This document shows positions 50,579 to 64,000 of a stretch of DNA of 64,000 nt, piece by piece. The DNA is from Stegostoma tigrinum (lineage: Eukaryota), in contig NC_081391.1 of assembly GCF_030684315.1 (NCBI RefSeq), positions 13,679,342-13,743,341 on the forward strand, written 5' to 3'. Each line of letters opens with the position of its first letter. The stretch's first letter is position 1. Under the pieces are notes generated by a model. The model searched no databases and had not been told where the DNA came from. It worked only from the letters and a program-made list of their open reading frames with translations. The position numbers were made by a program, and so were the translations under genes.

Positions 50579-53500
50579 GAGGCTTAACTGTACTTCTTTT
50601 CCCCCCTCCAGAAGCCAGAGAGGGATGAGTAGGGTAACAGCCTGCAGGCAATGCAAGTTCTCCTGGATCTGGAGAAGAACGTGAACCAGAGTTTGTTGGA
50701 TCTACACCAACTCGCCACAGCCCAGACTGACCCTCATGTAAGCTTCACCTCTTCATTCTCACCACTGCCATGCCTCCTCAACTTCATTGGTTGATCTTTG
50801 TGGAGTGGAAAGTCACAGACGTAACTCTGTCCAGATGCTACATTGTCATCATAATTATGTTATTAAGGTACAATGTTACAATTGCTCAACACCAAACTGA
50901 AATAGGAATTTGGCTGACAGTCTAGTGGGAATGCTGATGTGATTTTTGGCTGCTGAATTGGGGATTGTTGCACTATACAATACAACTTGGAGCTCTTTAA
51001 GAAGGTGAGATGGATCAGCTGAAATGTTGTCGTCACTGGCATCAATTCTCCACCTGGTAGCTAGATTTTCAGGGCTGTCTAGAGCAATTTATGGCTAAGG
51101 GTTTTTCAGTGGGAATTATGAAGTTGTCTTGGACAGTGTTAATGCACTCAGTTGTCGTCTTCCTCTGTTGCAGCTGTGACTTCCTGGAGACTCTCTATTT
51201 GGATGAGGAGGTGGAGATCATCAAGCAACTGGGTGACTACATCACCAACCTGAAGCACCTGGGAGCCCCTGAGAATGGGATCGGAGAGTACCTGTTTGAC
51301 AGGCTCTCCCTGGAGGACAGCAGTTAGTGTGGCCTGGAGCACTGTCTACTTGGTCTGAATGCATGCCCCACTTCACCCTGGCCAACCTGTCTCCTTCCAA
51401 GGAGAAGGGACTTGTAGCAAAGAATGTAATAGCTGTAGCAGCCGAATGGGAATGAATAAAATGATGTGTTGATCTTGCTTATTGTCCATCATTCAGAGAA
51501 CTGGGTGGTGTCTCTCGAGAGCTTGAAGCCTGTAATCTTTCTGTAGTTTGATTGGCTGGTCCAATTACAATTGGACATGAGACTAATTCACTGGGTCTTT
51601 TGACAATTTCCCCACCTCACTGGTCAGGGATAATGAGATGGAGTGCCTCCTTTGTGTGAAACAAGATATTCCCCTCCCACCAGAATTTGAGGTTGTGGTT
51701 TGATGCTGTTGGCCGAGAAAACGTTTTTGACAATGACTAGCATACTGTTGGATGTGGTGTGCACAATTGCAGTTAACAGAACGTGGAATTCCTTTTGCAA
51801 AAGCAACTTCCCACACCTTTTATCAAAAGCTAGGACCAGGCCCCAACATTCTGAAAATTAGGGAAATTTTAACTTGTACATGGATAAGGCATGGAAAAAT
51901 TAACGTTAAATACCTTTCCTCATCAGCCTCCCTGAACAGTACCTTACACTCCAAGTGACAGAAATCACAATTTGACGACAAAACTAACTAATCTGCTGGC
52001 TGGATCAGCTCAGCCGAAGGAGGTGAGATATCGGGATGTGTTTCCTTGCCAGGGGCAGGAACCAGCTCATTGGGAGAGGATACCACTTCAGCTGGTCTGC
52101 TATTCATTGTGACTCGGGCCCTAACATGACGTGACGAGTATATTCTATTCTCAGTTCTCAGCATTGTTGTCTCCTTTGTTTCTGTTACTTTTTTCTTTAC
52201 ACCCCCCTCCCCCACAACCATGTGTGCAGCCCAACAGCGTTGGGTGCTGGTAAAGGGTCAAACCAGGACCAGCAGTCAAGGTGGTGGGGGGTGGGGTGCC
52301 ACGTGCCACTCTCTAAAACCCATTCACCCTTCCCTTGTTACACGTCTCCACCAGTTGGCAATGCTCACCAGTTGATTCCTCCTTCAGTCTGAGTTACCAC
52401 ACGGTGACACTTCAGGGGATTTTATATCCACTTCAGCTCCAAAAGGAGTCAATGCCCATGGTTGCTGGGGGCAGTATGCGCAGAAGCAATCCCAATTTGT
52501 CCGAATGTGGCTCCCTTATTCCACTTTCTTTCCCTATCCTTGCACTTACTCTACCGCTTCATCCAAGGAAAAATTTTCAAGCCTACCACCCCCAAGACCT
52601 GGGAAAGTGCAGCCCAAATTTTCACAGCAGCCTCTATCAGACAGTCAGCTCACATTCACCTGAGCTGTATGGGCGTATAATGCCTGCTCTTGATGCCACC
52701 CACAGTGGCAGTGTCTTGAGCATAGCATAGCACAGCAGCGCTCCTGGTTAAATGTTGCCATTTGATTGGCTCTTGCTGCTAAAGCCTGCATTGAGCGCAC
52801 TAAGCTGCTCCTTTGGTTCCTCTGAGCTTCCCCCACGGTGAGCGTTACTCCTGATGCAGGTTAATTGGGTGAAATCACATTGAAGGAGCAGTGTGACTCG
52901 GAGAGGAGACCTGGAGATGCTGATTTTCCTGTCCCCCTGCTTCCCTTATCTTTCGAGGGGTCAGAGATCCTGGGTTAGGGAGGGGGCTATCAGAGACATC
53001 CTGAGGATTGTTCCAGGGAGTTTTGTAGCGAGTGCACACTGCAGCCTGCATGAGGGTGTGGGTCTTTAAGGCACTGAGCGTGTTTGTTCCTCCACAGAGA
53101 GCAGTTTAATTGCAGCAAATTGAAGTCTTGGCTGGAGAATCCCAATAGTGCAGCAAGAGGATATTAGGCCCATTAAATCTGCATCGACCCACTGAACCAC
53201 ATCCTGCTCAGACCCAACCCATTTGCTTAACCCCACGGACAATCGAATTACCTTGGATGCGCATTGTCACTATGGGGCTATTTAGTATTACCAACCCACC
53301 TACCCTGCAAATCATTGGGCTGTGTGAAGAAACTCAAGCACCTGGAGGAAATCCACGCAGGCCATCAGCCAGGGGTAGAATCGAACCTGGGTCCCTGGCA
53401 CTGAGGCGCCAAAACATTCTAAAGTACCAAAGGGAAGGAATGCACTGTGGCAAACTACGTCATGGGAATAGACTCTGCAGCCCAGCCCGAACTTGCAGAC

Positions 53501-54709
53501 CAGGTTTTCATAAACTGTGTAGTGCCATTTGCCTACATTTGGCCCATCTTTCTCTAAACCGTTCCTTTCCATGTAAATCTCCAAATGTCACTTAAATGTT
53601 GTAATTCTATCCACCTCGACCACTTCCTCTGGCAGCTCGTTCCATGCACGTACCACCCTCTGTGTGAAAATGTTGTCCCTCACACCCCTTTTAAATCCTT
53701 CCCCCTCTCCCATCAAACCGGTGCCCTCTAGTTTTGGACCCCCCTACCCTGTCCCAGCATGCTTTTTATATACAGTCAATCTTGAGTGTGCCAATGGCAA
53801 GGCTACATTTAGTGCTCAGCAACTGTTCCACTTCAGGAGGTGGTGATGAGCTGGTTATTACAGTCCACCTGGTGTCGGCGAGACCGGAATGATGCTGCTG
53901 CTGCTGCTGAGGAGGGGCTTCTGGGATTTTCGTTCACAAACAGGGATAGTGTTCCAAGTCAGGATGGTGACAGATTTACATGGAGCTGCTTGAGTGTCGT
54001 CGGAGCTGCCTCAAGCGACAACATTGTAAACTATTCCAGCACTACTCCCAACTTCAGCCTTATTGACGGTGGACAGGTTTTGGAAACTCAGGAGTTGAGT
54101 ACTTCCTGACAGAATTCCCAGCATCTGAATTCCCAGTTTCTGAGCTGTACCATCTACAGAACGCAATGTAAACAGGACCAGAAATTGCTCACTTGGAAAC
54201 CTGCTGGGGTTAATCGCTAGTTCTACTTCAAACAATGAAAAACGAAACTGGGAGACAGAAATGTTCAACGTGCGATACATTTCTAGCAGCAACTGAGACA
54301 TAGAGGCCTGAGGCCTACTGTGTAGAAGAGGCACTCAGCACATTTAGCGTTTTGCTTTTCAAACTGGGCCTTCAAGGTCAAGGTCAGGGAGATCACATGA
54401 GATGCAGATTGGATCCACAAAGTACATCAGTTGCCTGTTTTAGATGATCCAAAAGCACATTATTTCTGTTGCGGCACAGAAATAGGAAAATGTTCAGATC
54501 AACCAAATCGAGCCATTTTTCAAAGAGCTCCAACACCAATGTTCAAAAATTATGACGACTAATCCCTCAGAATAACAATCCGACAGAATTCTGCAAATCT
54601 GTGTTGAGTGTGTCTTAACGCACAACTTCAGATACAGACGTGAAGTTTTAGAGCATACTTTATTCTCATTTTCAGGGAGATGTCCTCCCAGAATTTGCAC
54701 TTGTTCAGG

Positions 54710-54898
54710 AGGTCAAAGATCATTTCAGCAATTTCATCATCAACCACTCATCAATTCTGATTGGTTTTTTGACCCGATTCCCATCCTGCACTGATTGGAT
54801 GTGGCAGCTGATCAATTGATTAACAAGAGTGATTGGCCATCACTGATGATCTCATTTCCTGCTTCATAAAATGAGTGTTGGCTCCTCGGGTATAAATA
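54710..54898 (+). promoter_or_regulatory. Ferritin proximal promoter, copy 7
   Basis: DR1 variant AGGTCAAAGATCA, ATTGG boxes, TATAAATA at 54891-54898. Confidence 0.6.
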
Positions 54899-54984
54899 GA
54901 GTCCCAGGGCAGGGATGTTTATTGTTGTTCTTAACTTTGTTATTTTTGTGGTGTGGAAACTAAAGCAAGCTTTTCCTTTACAAG

Positions 54985-57900
54985 ATGGCATCCCAGATCA
55001 GTCAGAACTATCACCAGGATTGTGAAGCTGCTGTCAACAAGCAGATTAATGTGGAGCTCACTGCCTCCTATCTCTATCAGTCTTTGGTGAGTGCTGTCTC
55101 TGTTGGGTGAAACATACTTCTGTTCTGTTGAAGTGAACTCTACCCCTTGGATGTAATTAAGTTGTCTATCTTATAGACTGAGTTTTGTGGCTCCTACCTA
55201 TTTCTCAATGCAGGATGAGTGTGATGTTACTGTAACAATAGTTTGGTGTCCAATGTTACTCTAACTTGGGTCCCAGTTGGTTGTCAGTGAGATGTGGAGT
55301 GTTCTTGTAGTTACTTGCCTGTCCCATGATGGTGCTGTGACTGGTGGTAATTATAGCTTCCTGTGGCTGTTTGAAACTTGAGGGAACTAATTTAAAAATG
55401 AATTGGGACTAACCATTGTGGGAATGGAAGCACCATCAGCTAGTCACTGCTCTTCTTTTCCTTCTTGTATCCTTGCTTGTATTTGAATTTTGTGGTGATC
55501 CCAACTTAACATCTCAAATAATCTTGAGAATCTTGATTTCCTATTGCAATCAGCTTAGAATAGGCTTGTTCTAGCCCTACAGAGCTGGGCTGAGAGGTGG
55601 CAAATGGAGTTTAATGCAGACAAGTGTGAGGTGATGCACTTTGGTAGGAGTAACCGGAAGGCAAAGCACGAGGCTAATGGTAAGATTCTTAGTAATGTAG
55701 ATGAGCAGAGAGATCTCGGTGTCCACGTAAACAGGTCCTTGAAAGTTGCCATCCAGGTTGACAGGGCGGTTAAGAAGGCAGTGTTTTCTCTTTGATTAAT
55801 AGAGGCATTGAGTTCTGGAACCAAGAGGTTATGGTGAAGCTGTACCAAACTCTGGTGTGGCTGCACTTGTAGTATTGTATACAGTTCTGGTCACTGCATT
55901 ATAAGGATGTGGAAGCTTTGGCAAGAGTGCAGAGGAGGTTTACTAGGATGTTGCCTGGTATCGAGGGAAGCTCTTATGAGGGAAGACTGAGGGACTTGAG
56001 GCTGTCTTCATTGGTGAGAAGGTTGAGAGTTGACTTAATTGAAACATATAATATTCTGAGGGTTGGAAAGGGAAATCCTCTTTCTGCGGACGGTGAGCAT
56101 GAGGGGGCATAGCTGTAAATTGAGGGATGATAGATATAGGACAGATGTCTGAGGTAGTTTCTTTACTCAGTAGTAAGGGAATGGAATGCTTTGCCTGTGA
56201 CGGTAGTAGATTTGCCAACTTTAGGTACATTTAAGTCGTCATTGGACAAGCATATGGACGTACAGGGAATAGTCTAGGTTAGATGGGCTTGAGATCAGTA
56301 TGACAAGTTGACACAACATCTAGGGCCTGTACTGTGCTGTTATGTTCTAGTTTCAGATTAAACTGGGTGAGGTTGTGACTGGTATCTGATCAAGCAGATC
56401 TCCATTTGAGATCTACTTTGCTTTTTTTCATACTCATGAGGTGGGTGTGGGCTGTCTGTATATGAAGTGTTGGAGCTTTTCCAAGGCACGGCACTGCCGT
56501 GGGGCTGAGAATGTGCGGAGGGTACTGACCCAGTGAATATGCAAAAAATAGCTTATTCCTGTTGTATTTGGCCTGACTCTAACTAGCCCCTCTTTCCCCA
56601 GGTGGTTGGGTGCCTGTGCCCTTCCAAGGGGTAGAATGTGTTTAGAAGGTGTTAGAAGTAACCTTAGTGAGTGTTGCCGGGTGCTCTCTGGGCTTGTGCT
56701 TGTCAGCAGGAAGTCCTCTCATGATGAGGATCAAGTCCCTGTCAGCCCCACTTTGGGAGGTGGCAACAGCTTTCATTGAGCCACCAGTTCAGTTTTAATC
56801 GCTGACCCATGTTCCTAACACAACTTGGAAGCATGTCCCAAGAGTAAAATCTCCACTATTCTACATCTTCTAACTGCCCATTTAAATGGGCAATGATAAA
56901 TTGTGCTTGTGTTTGCATTTGACAATTAAAGCAACTTTTTTCAGCAGGATTCCCAAGAATGTGTGTCTTAGTAGCTGCTTGCAATAGCAGACCTGGTAAA
57001 CCTGAATACATTGAATTGTGAACATCCTGGTTTAGAAATCTACAGGACTTTGCCTGTTGGATTAAGTCAACAGTAGCATTTCCAGGTTACTGTTTTAATA
57101 AGTGATGTTGTCTAGAGAGTAGGTGATCTGCAGGTCACTGTCATATTTGTCATGTGATCAGTTTGTTTTGTCAATCATTGTTTCATGTGTAATGGTACAA
57201 GTTGCTAGCAGTCTCAGTACAGCTGTTTTAGATGCAGCAGTAAACTGTATCTAGAACAATCCAAAGACTGTCCCGAGGCAGGCTTTCCTTGGCAGATTCT
57301 TGGTGCCCATGTCCTTCATTCATCCCTTCCCCCTCACCCCAGCCACCCCACTACTGCAGCCCTTGTCAAACTAATACAGTGCATCCAATTGCATTGATCC
57401 TGACTAAGCAGAAAATGTGCTCCTTCCTAGCTGTTAGTTGCAGTGTCTGGGATCTGTTTTCTGGCCTTTGCCAAAGGAGCAATAGCGTGCCCTGCAGCTG
57501 TTCTATTGGTGCACATCCTGCATTCCAGCTTCTGGCATTTCTTGAAACCCTATTCAAACAGTAATTTATCCCATTTCTGGTGGAGGTTAATCAGTAAAAA
57601 CATCAATTCACACTTGTTCTCACCAAATGCTGTGCCAGACCCACTGAGCAATTTGCCAGGAGTTTCAAACCAAAATAAAACACATGGTGTTTACAGCTTA
57701 CCTGGAGGAAGCTGGGATTGTTTTGATTTTTCCAATTCAACAGGAACTGCTCAAAACTGGGTTCTGAATTGTTAATGCATCAGGTACTTAACAGCTTATT
57801 GTCAGTTTGATTTTGAGAATGCTCAAGTAGCCCTGGAGCTCTGAACTAAAATTGGCCCGTGACTTGTTAATGGGCTTTACCTTGATCTCCCTTCCAGATG

Positions 57901-60146
57901 TCCTACTTTGACCGGGATGATGTTGCCCTCCCCCATGTCTCCCGCTTCTTCAAACATCAGTCCCAGGAGAAGCGGGAACATGCAGAGAAGCTGCTGAAAT
58001 TCCAGAATCAGCGTGGAGGCCGGGTCCTCCTCCAGGATGTGAAGGTTGGAGTTGGGTGGGGTGGGGGTTGGGATGGTAATGGCTGCTCTTGTGGTGTGGT
58101 TTCAAGTCAGTGACAAGGTTTTCATTTGAGTCAAATCTTTGTTCGGCCTGTTTGATCTCCTTTTTGAAGCCAGTGTAGAAAGAAGCCCTTTGGCCCACCA
58201 TGTCTTTGCTGACCCCACAAACACTAAAGCACTTTAATCCCATTTCCCTTCCCTTGGTCCACAGGCCACTGTCCTGGCACTATGTACTTGTCCAGCTGGA
58301 CCTTAAACTGATCTGGAGTAGCTGACTCCACCACCATCCAACCCTTTATGTGGTTCATCTCATATTTCTAACCTCCCCCTCGGAGGAGGGTGAAGAGAAC
58401 GTTTCCTCCAATCCCCTCTAACCTGCTTACTCCACAAACCTGGTTTCTCTCTGGTCTTGGTGTCTGCCATGGGGAAGGCATTCCATCAACTGGCCACTCT
58501 CTATTCTTCAATAGTTACATCAGGTCACTCCCTCAGCCGTTCCTGCTCCACAGAAAATCCCAGCCTATCTAACCTCCAATCAATGGATCTTGGGCAACAG
58601 CCTGGGCAACCTCACCAGCTTCCCCCTGCAGTGCCATCCTGTCCTTGTGACTGGTGAGGCCAAAGAGGGAATAATGTGGTGACTAGAAGAACAAACTGTG
58701 ACAAGACTGGCCCCCTTCCTGTTCCACCACACCCAACTAATAGAGGTTGCTTGCCCTCTGTCACTGTTACACCCTGTTGACCTTGTCTGAACTTTGAGGG
58801 ATCTATGGTTGTGGGCCTTTCTTAACTGTTAGCAGCACAACACACTTTGCAAACACCTCGCTGTCCCTTGGATGAATTAAATAGCCGTGATGTTTCTGAT
58901 CATCCTGCTCAGGCATGTATGAAGCCACCAGCACAAGTGGTACTTGAACCTTGGCCTTGTCAGCCAGAGACAGGGGCACTACCACTGTACCATGACAGCA
59001 TTTAGGATTCACTTGTGAATATCCTCGCAATTCCATCAGATGGACCCTGATGCAAATCTTGTCATTATCCCCCACAATGACCTGTTATTCAACTTCCTCC
59101 TTCAGATCAAGGACCGACAGGCAAGGTGAAAGCAATTCGAAGGAACTGTGCTCCAGGGCTGCCTCAGGGGCTAGCAGTGTTCTCAGTGCTAGGGACACAG
59201 GTTTTGATCTGGCCTCTGGTGAGGGACTGGTGTTTACATGTCCTCCCCATGTCTGCGTTGGTGTCCTCATAGTATAAGAGGATTGGCCATCTGAAATGCA
59301 GGGGTACAGGAATAGAGGGGGAGTGGGATGAGCTGGGATGCATTTCAGAGCAGTTCTGCACTGATCGATGTTGTAGAGATTCTGAAGCTTCACTTTCCTT
59401 CTTTCCATCCTCAGAAGCCAGAGAGGGATGAGTGGGGTAACAGCCTGCAGGCGATGCAGGTTGCCCTGGATCTGGAGAAGAATGTGAACCAGAGTTTGCT
59501 GGATCTTCACCAACTTGCCACAGCCCAGACTGACCCTCATGTAAGCTTCACCACTTCATTCTCTTCACTGCTGGTCACTCAGGGCAACACCTTCAATGGT
59601 TGGTCTTTTGTGGATTAGAAGTTGCCTGCTGTCTCAGACAAGTGCCATTTGGATCTCTTCAGATCCGTACCAATGCTTATAATCTGATCAGCTCAGCAAT
59701 CAAGTAAAATGGGAATTTGGATTATAATCTAGTAGGAGTGATGAAGTGATATTGGCCACTGAATGCTCATCCAGGATTATTGCAGTGGAATGATCACTAT
59801 CCATCATAATCCAACACAGCATCACTTAACAAACTGCAAGAGCAGTTGAAATACATGGTCCTCACTGGCATAGTCTCCAGGTGTTAGGTTTTCAGGGTAG
59901 TCTAGAGCTCATATGGCTGAGTGTTTTGCAGTAGGAAATCTGAGGTTGTCTTGGATAGCATTAATGTAGCAAGTTGTCATATTCTTGCAGCTGTGTGACT
60001 TCCTGGAGACTCACTATTTGGATGAGGAGGTGGAGATCATCAAGCAACTCGGGGACTACATCACCAACCTGAAGCGCCTGGGAGCCCCTGAGAATGGGAT
60101 GGGAGAGTACCTGTTTGACAGGCTCTCCCTGGAGGACAGCAGTTAG
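54985..60146 (+). CDS. Ferritin copy 7 (type A''), intact; exons 54985-55086, 57898-58044, 59415-59540, 59991-60146; 176 aa
   Basis: Open frame over four exons with canonical splice sites; TATAAATA at 54891-54898 and AATAAA at 60275-60280. Confidence 0.93.
55577..56350 (+). mobile_element. 5'-truncated CR1 LINE in intron 1 of copy 7
   Basis: Near-identical to 3445-4218. Confidence 0.9.
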
Positions 60147-61858
60147 TGTGGCCTGGAGTACTGTCTGCTTGGCCTGAATGCATTCCCCACTTCACCCTGG
60201 GCAATCTGTCTCCTTTCAGGGGGAAGGAATTTTGTAGCAAAGAATGTAATGGCTGTACCAGCTGAATGTAAATGAATAAAATGATATATTGATATTGGTT
60301 TTTGTCCATCATTTTGAGACCATTGATACCTTTCTTTGGTCAATCAAGCTTTCCTACTGAAGTTCACCGCCCCCCCCCCCCCCCCCCCCCACACTGTGGA
60401 CAGACTCTAGGCCTATGGGAGCCAGTTCAGGTTCAAATCGGGGCCTGTGACCTACCCTTGCAATAGCCATTGACAGTTGGCCCCACTGACCAGTTCGCAT
60501 TTAAGTTTTGTCAGTTGTCTGCTGCTCCTCCCAGGGCACCTTGGGGTTTTCTAAATAACTGTCTTGGTTTAACTGCATTGCTCTCTTTTCCCAGAAGCAA
60601 TTCAAAGTTTGTCTTCCAAGTGGCTTCATCAGTTTTTTTGCTGTCTTTCCTTCACCCATGGGCTCAGCAACTTTCTCTTCCAACGGCTTCTCTTCTCGAC
60701 CCCACCCTGCCTGCCCCCACCACCTAAATAACTGGAAGTCTGCCAGCCCTGAGCTGGGGAAATTCGGCCCAAACTTTCACAACAGTCACATTCCAGGGAA
60801 TCGGCTCCAGATTCTCTGGGGCTACCTGATTGATAGTGGATGGTCTTGATCCCATAAAGACAAGGATTGGTGACCTGGGGCTTGGATGATAGCCCACGGT
60901 TTAAAAATACTCCCATTTGGTTTATGCTTGCAGCTACAACTGGCTTCTTACTGTTCAAGGGTTTGTATGAAAAGCTGCTGCCTTGGTTCTTGGAACCTTT
61001 CCATGGGCTGAAGGCTCTTTTTTCTTTTGACATGCTTCAATTTGAACAAGTGAGGGAGCAGGGATTTCTGGGGAAGGTGGGGACTGTCTCCTTCAGACAA
61101 GATGCCTGGACATGCTGACATTCCTATACAGCTGTTTCCTTGATCATTCAAGGCGTCAGATCATGGCTGAGGGAGGGGGATGAACAGAGACAGCCCAGAG
61201 TTTGTCTTGAGTTTTGTCGAAGTGCACACGGCAGCCTTAGGAAGAGTGTGGGTCATTGAGGTACTGAATATATTTGTTCCATCACAATAATCCTTTTTAT
61301 TTTGCCCAGTCTCAATCCTTGGTGATAGAATCCCTACTCTCCTGGAAGGGGCCGTTTGACCCACGTAGTATCAACCTTCTGCCCAGCATCCTGCTCAGTC
61401 ACACCACAGTCCTTTGACCCTGTGTTTCCCCTGGCCCCTCTCCCCTCAAACCTGTGCCCTCTAGTTTTGGACTTCCCTACCCTGTCGCAGCATGCTTTTT
61501 ATATACAGTCATTCTTGAGTGTGCCAATGGCAAGGCTACATCTCGTGCTCAGCAGCTGGTTATTACAGATGGTCTGGTGTAGCAGACTCTGGAATGATGC
61601 TGCTGAGGAGGGGCTTCTGGGATTTTAATTCACAGAAAACCCTGAGGCCTACTGTGTATACGAGTCACTCAGCACATTTAGCATCTTGCTTTTCAAACTG
61701 GGATTCATGAGACCCTAAGTCCCAGGGATCACAGCAGATTCAGAACAGATCTAAAGGACATCGGTTGCCTGTATTAGACGATCCAAAAGCATACTATTCT
61801 GTTGCTGCGCAGAAATAGGAAAATGTTCATATCAACCAAATCTGGGCATTTTAGAAAG

Positions 61859-63333
61859 ATGAGATTAGCCAATGTTGTTTCCCCTGTTCAGAGGATCGCA
61901 AATGTGGTTCCCCTGTTCAAGAAGGGGAGTAGAGACAACCCTGGTAATTGTAGACCAGTGAGCCTTACCTCAGTTGTTGGTAAAGTGTTGGAAAAGGTTA
62001 TAAGGGATAGGATTTATAATCATCTAGAAAAGAATAAATTGATTTTGGGATAGTCAGCACGGTTTTATGAGGGGAAAGTCATGCTCATGCCTCACAAACC
62101 TTATTGAGTTATTTCAGAAGGTGACTAAACAGGTAGATGAGAGTAAACTGGTTGATGTGGTGTATATGGATTTGAGCAAGGCATTCGATAAGCTTCTAAG
62201 GTTCCCCACAAGAGGCTATTGTACAAAATGTGGAGGAATGGGATTGTGGAAGATATAGCAGTTTGGATCAGAAATTGGCTTGCTGAAAGAAGACAGAGGG
62301 CGGTAGTCGATGGGAAATGTTCATCCTGGAGACCAGTTACTAGTGGTGTACTGCAAGGGTCGGTGTTGGGTCCACTGCTGTTTCTCATTTTTAATAGGTG
62401 ACCTGGATGAGGGCGTAGAAGGATGGGTTAGTAAATTTGCAGACAACACGAAGGTCGGTGGAGTTGTGGATAGTGACGAAGGATGCTGTAGGTCGCAGAG
62501 AGACATAGATAAGCTGCGGAGCTGGGCTGAGAGGTGGCAAATGGAGTTTAATGCAGACGAGTGTGAGGTGATGCACTTTGGTAGGAGTAACCGGAAGGCA
62601 AAGTACAGGGCTAATGGTAAGATTCTTGGTAGTTTAGATGAGCAGAGAGATGTCGGTGTCCATGTACACATATCCTTGAAAGTTGCCACCCAGGTTGACA
62701 GGGCGGTTAAGAAGGCATACAATGTTTTAGCTTTTATTAATAGAGGGATCGAGTTCCGGAACCAAGAGGTTATGGCGAAGCTGTACAAAACTCTGGTGCG
62801 GCCGCAATTGGAGTATTGTGTACAGTTCTGGTCACCCCATTATAAGAAGGATGTAGAAGCTTTGGAAAGGGTGCAGAGGAGATTTACTAGGATGTTGCCT
62901 GGTATGGTGGGAAGGTCTTAGGAGGAAATGCTGAGGGACTTGAGGCTGTTTTCATTAGAGGGAAGAAGTTTGCGAGGTGACTTAATTGAAACATATAAAA
63001 TAATCAGAGGGTTAGATAGCGTGGATAGGGAGAGCCTTTTTCCTAGGATGGTGACAGCGAGCACGAGGGGGCATAGCTTCAAATGGACGGGTGAAAGATA
63101 TAGGACAGATGTCAGAGATAGTTTCTTTACTTGGAGAGTAGTGAGGGAATGGAACGCTTTGCCTGCAACAGTAGTAGATTCACCAACTTTAGGTACATTT
63201 AAGTCGTCATTGGACAAGCATATGGACGTACATGGAATAGTGTAGGTTAGATGGGCTTCATATCGGTATGACAGGTCGGCACAACATCGAGGGCCGAAGT
63301 GCCTGTACTGTGCTGTAATCTTCTATGTTCTAT
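61859..63333 (+). mobile_element. 5'-truncated CR1 LINE upstream of copy 8
   Basis: RT motifs across ORFs 61802-63245; gttctat tail; same insertion site as the elements upstream of copies 2 and 5. Confidence 0.93.
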
Positions 63334-63517
63334 GGCTCCAACAGCAACGTTCAAAAGTTATGACGAATAATCCTTCAGATTAACAATCCAACAGAATTCT
63401 GCAAATCTGTGATGACTGTGGCTTCACGCACAACCTCAGATAGAAAAGCGAAGGTTTAGAGTATATTTTATTGTCATTTTCTGGCAAATACATTTACAGA
63501 ATGTGCACTTGTAGAGG

Positions 63518-63705
63518 AGGTCAAAGATCATTCAGCAATTCCATCATCGACCAGTTGTCAACCGTGATTCGTTTCTGGATCCAGTTCCCATCCTGCACTG
63601 ATTGGACGTGGCAACTGATCAATTGATTAACAAGAGTGATTGGCCATCACTGATGATGTCATTTCCTGCTTCATAAAAAGAGGGGCTGCCCCTGGAGTAT
63701 AAATA
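63518..63705 (+). promoter_or_regulatory. Ferritin proximal promoter, copy 8
   Basis: DR1 variant AGGTCAAAGATCA, two ATTGG boxes, TATAAATA at 63698-63705. Confidence 0.6.
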
Positions 63706-63790
63706 GAGTCCCACGGGAATGATGTTGATTGTTCTTCCTAATTTTGTTATTTTGGTGGTGAGGAGAATAAAAGAAATTTATTGTCACAAG

Positions 63791-63892
63791 ATGGCCTCCC
63801 AGATCAGTCAGAACTATCACCAGGATTGTGAAGCTGCTGTCAACAAGCAGATTAATGTGGAGCTCACTGCCTCCTATCTCTATCAGTCTTTG
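63791..63892 (+). CDS. Ferritin copy 8 (type B''), exon 1 only; gene continues beyond the window
   Basis: [34 protein letters not shown] followed by a GTGAGT donor; TATAAATA at 63698-63705. Confidence 0.85.
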
Positions 63893-64000
63893 GTGAGTGC
63901 TGTCTCTCGGGGTTAAACATATAAATCTGTTCTGTTGAAGTAAATTCTTTGCCTGGCCTCTAGTGAAGCTGACAATCTAGTAGATTGAGGTTTTGTGGCT

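Larger units (their letters stand above)
47182..51327 (+). pseudogene. Ferritin copy 6 (type C'), multiple lesions; exons 47182-47283, 49115-49267, 50612-50737, 51174-51327
   Basis: A 6-bp insertion gives TGA at 49244-49246; TGG>TAG at 50630-50632; 2-bp deletion at the start of exon 4 (ctgtgac); E61V and H65P substitutions. Confidence 0.92.
1..64000 (+). repeat. Tandem segmental array of ferritin gene units (about 8-10 kb each) with an imperfect three-gene higher-order period of about 25-27 kb
   Basis: Exon-1 starts at 2851, 12491, 21870, 29593, 38577, 47182, 54985 and 63791. Diagnostic CR1 insertions recur every third unit. Confidence 0.9.

Noticed and set aside
60369-60390. Poly-C tracts (also about 9697-9716 and 35790-35822)
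   Set aside because: Simple homopolymer or slippage tracts of variable length; no further structure is evident.
1-64000. CRISPR arrays, rRNA/tRNA genes, prokaryotic operons
   Set aside because: None seen; the sequence is intron-containing vertebrate DNA.

Overview
Vertebrate genomic DNA. The CR1/HER1-type LINE tails, tRNA-derived SINEs and Penelope-like remnants suggest a cartilaginous fish (inference). The whole window is a head-to-tail tandem array of eight + strand, four-exon ferritin genes (exons 102/147/126/156 bp, 176 aa, all introns phase 0), spaced about 8-10 kb apart. They are organised loosely as a three-gene (A-B-C) higher-order unit of about 25-27 kb. Copies 1, 4 and 7 have intact reading frames. 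Copies 2, 3 and 6 carry nonsense or frameshift lesions. Copy 5 has lost its ATG through an exact 27-bp micro-inversion. Copy 8 is cut by the window end. The subunit is M/H-like overall, but every copy with these exons in the window has the L-chain-type substitutions E62K and Q141E at the ferroxidase centre. No intact iron-responsive element is visible in the 5' leader, and the promoters carry a DR1 nuclear-receptor element. Exons are nearly identical between copies while introns and leaders diverge, and several copies are recombinant mosaics. All comparisons were made by eye, without alignment tools.
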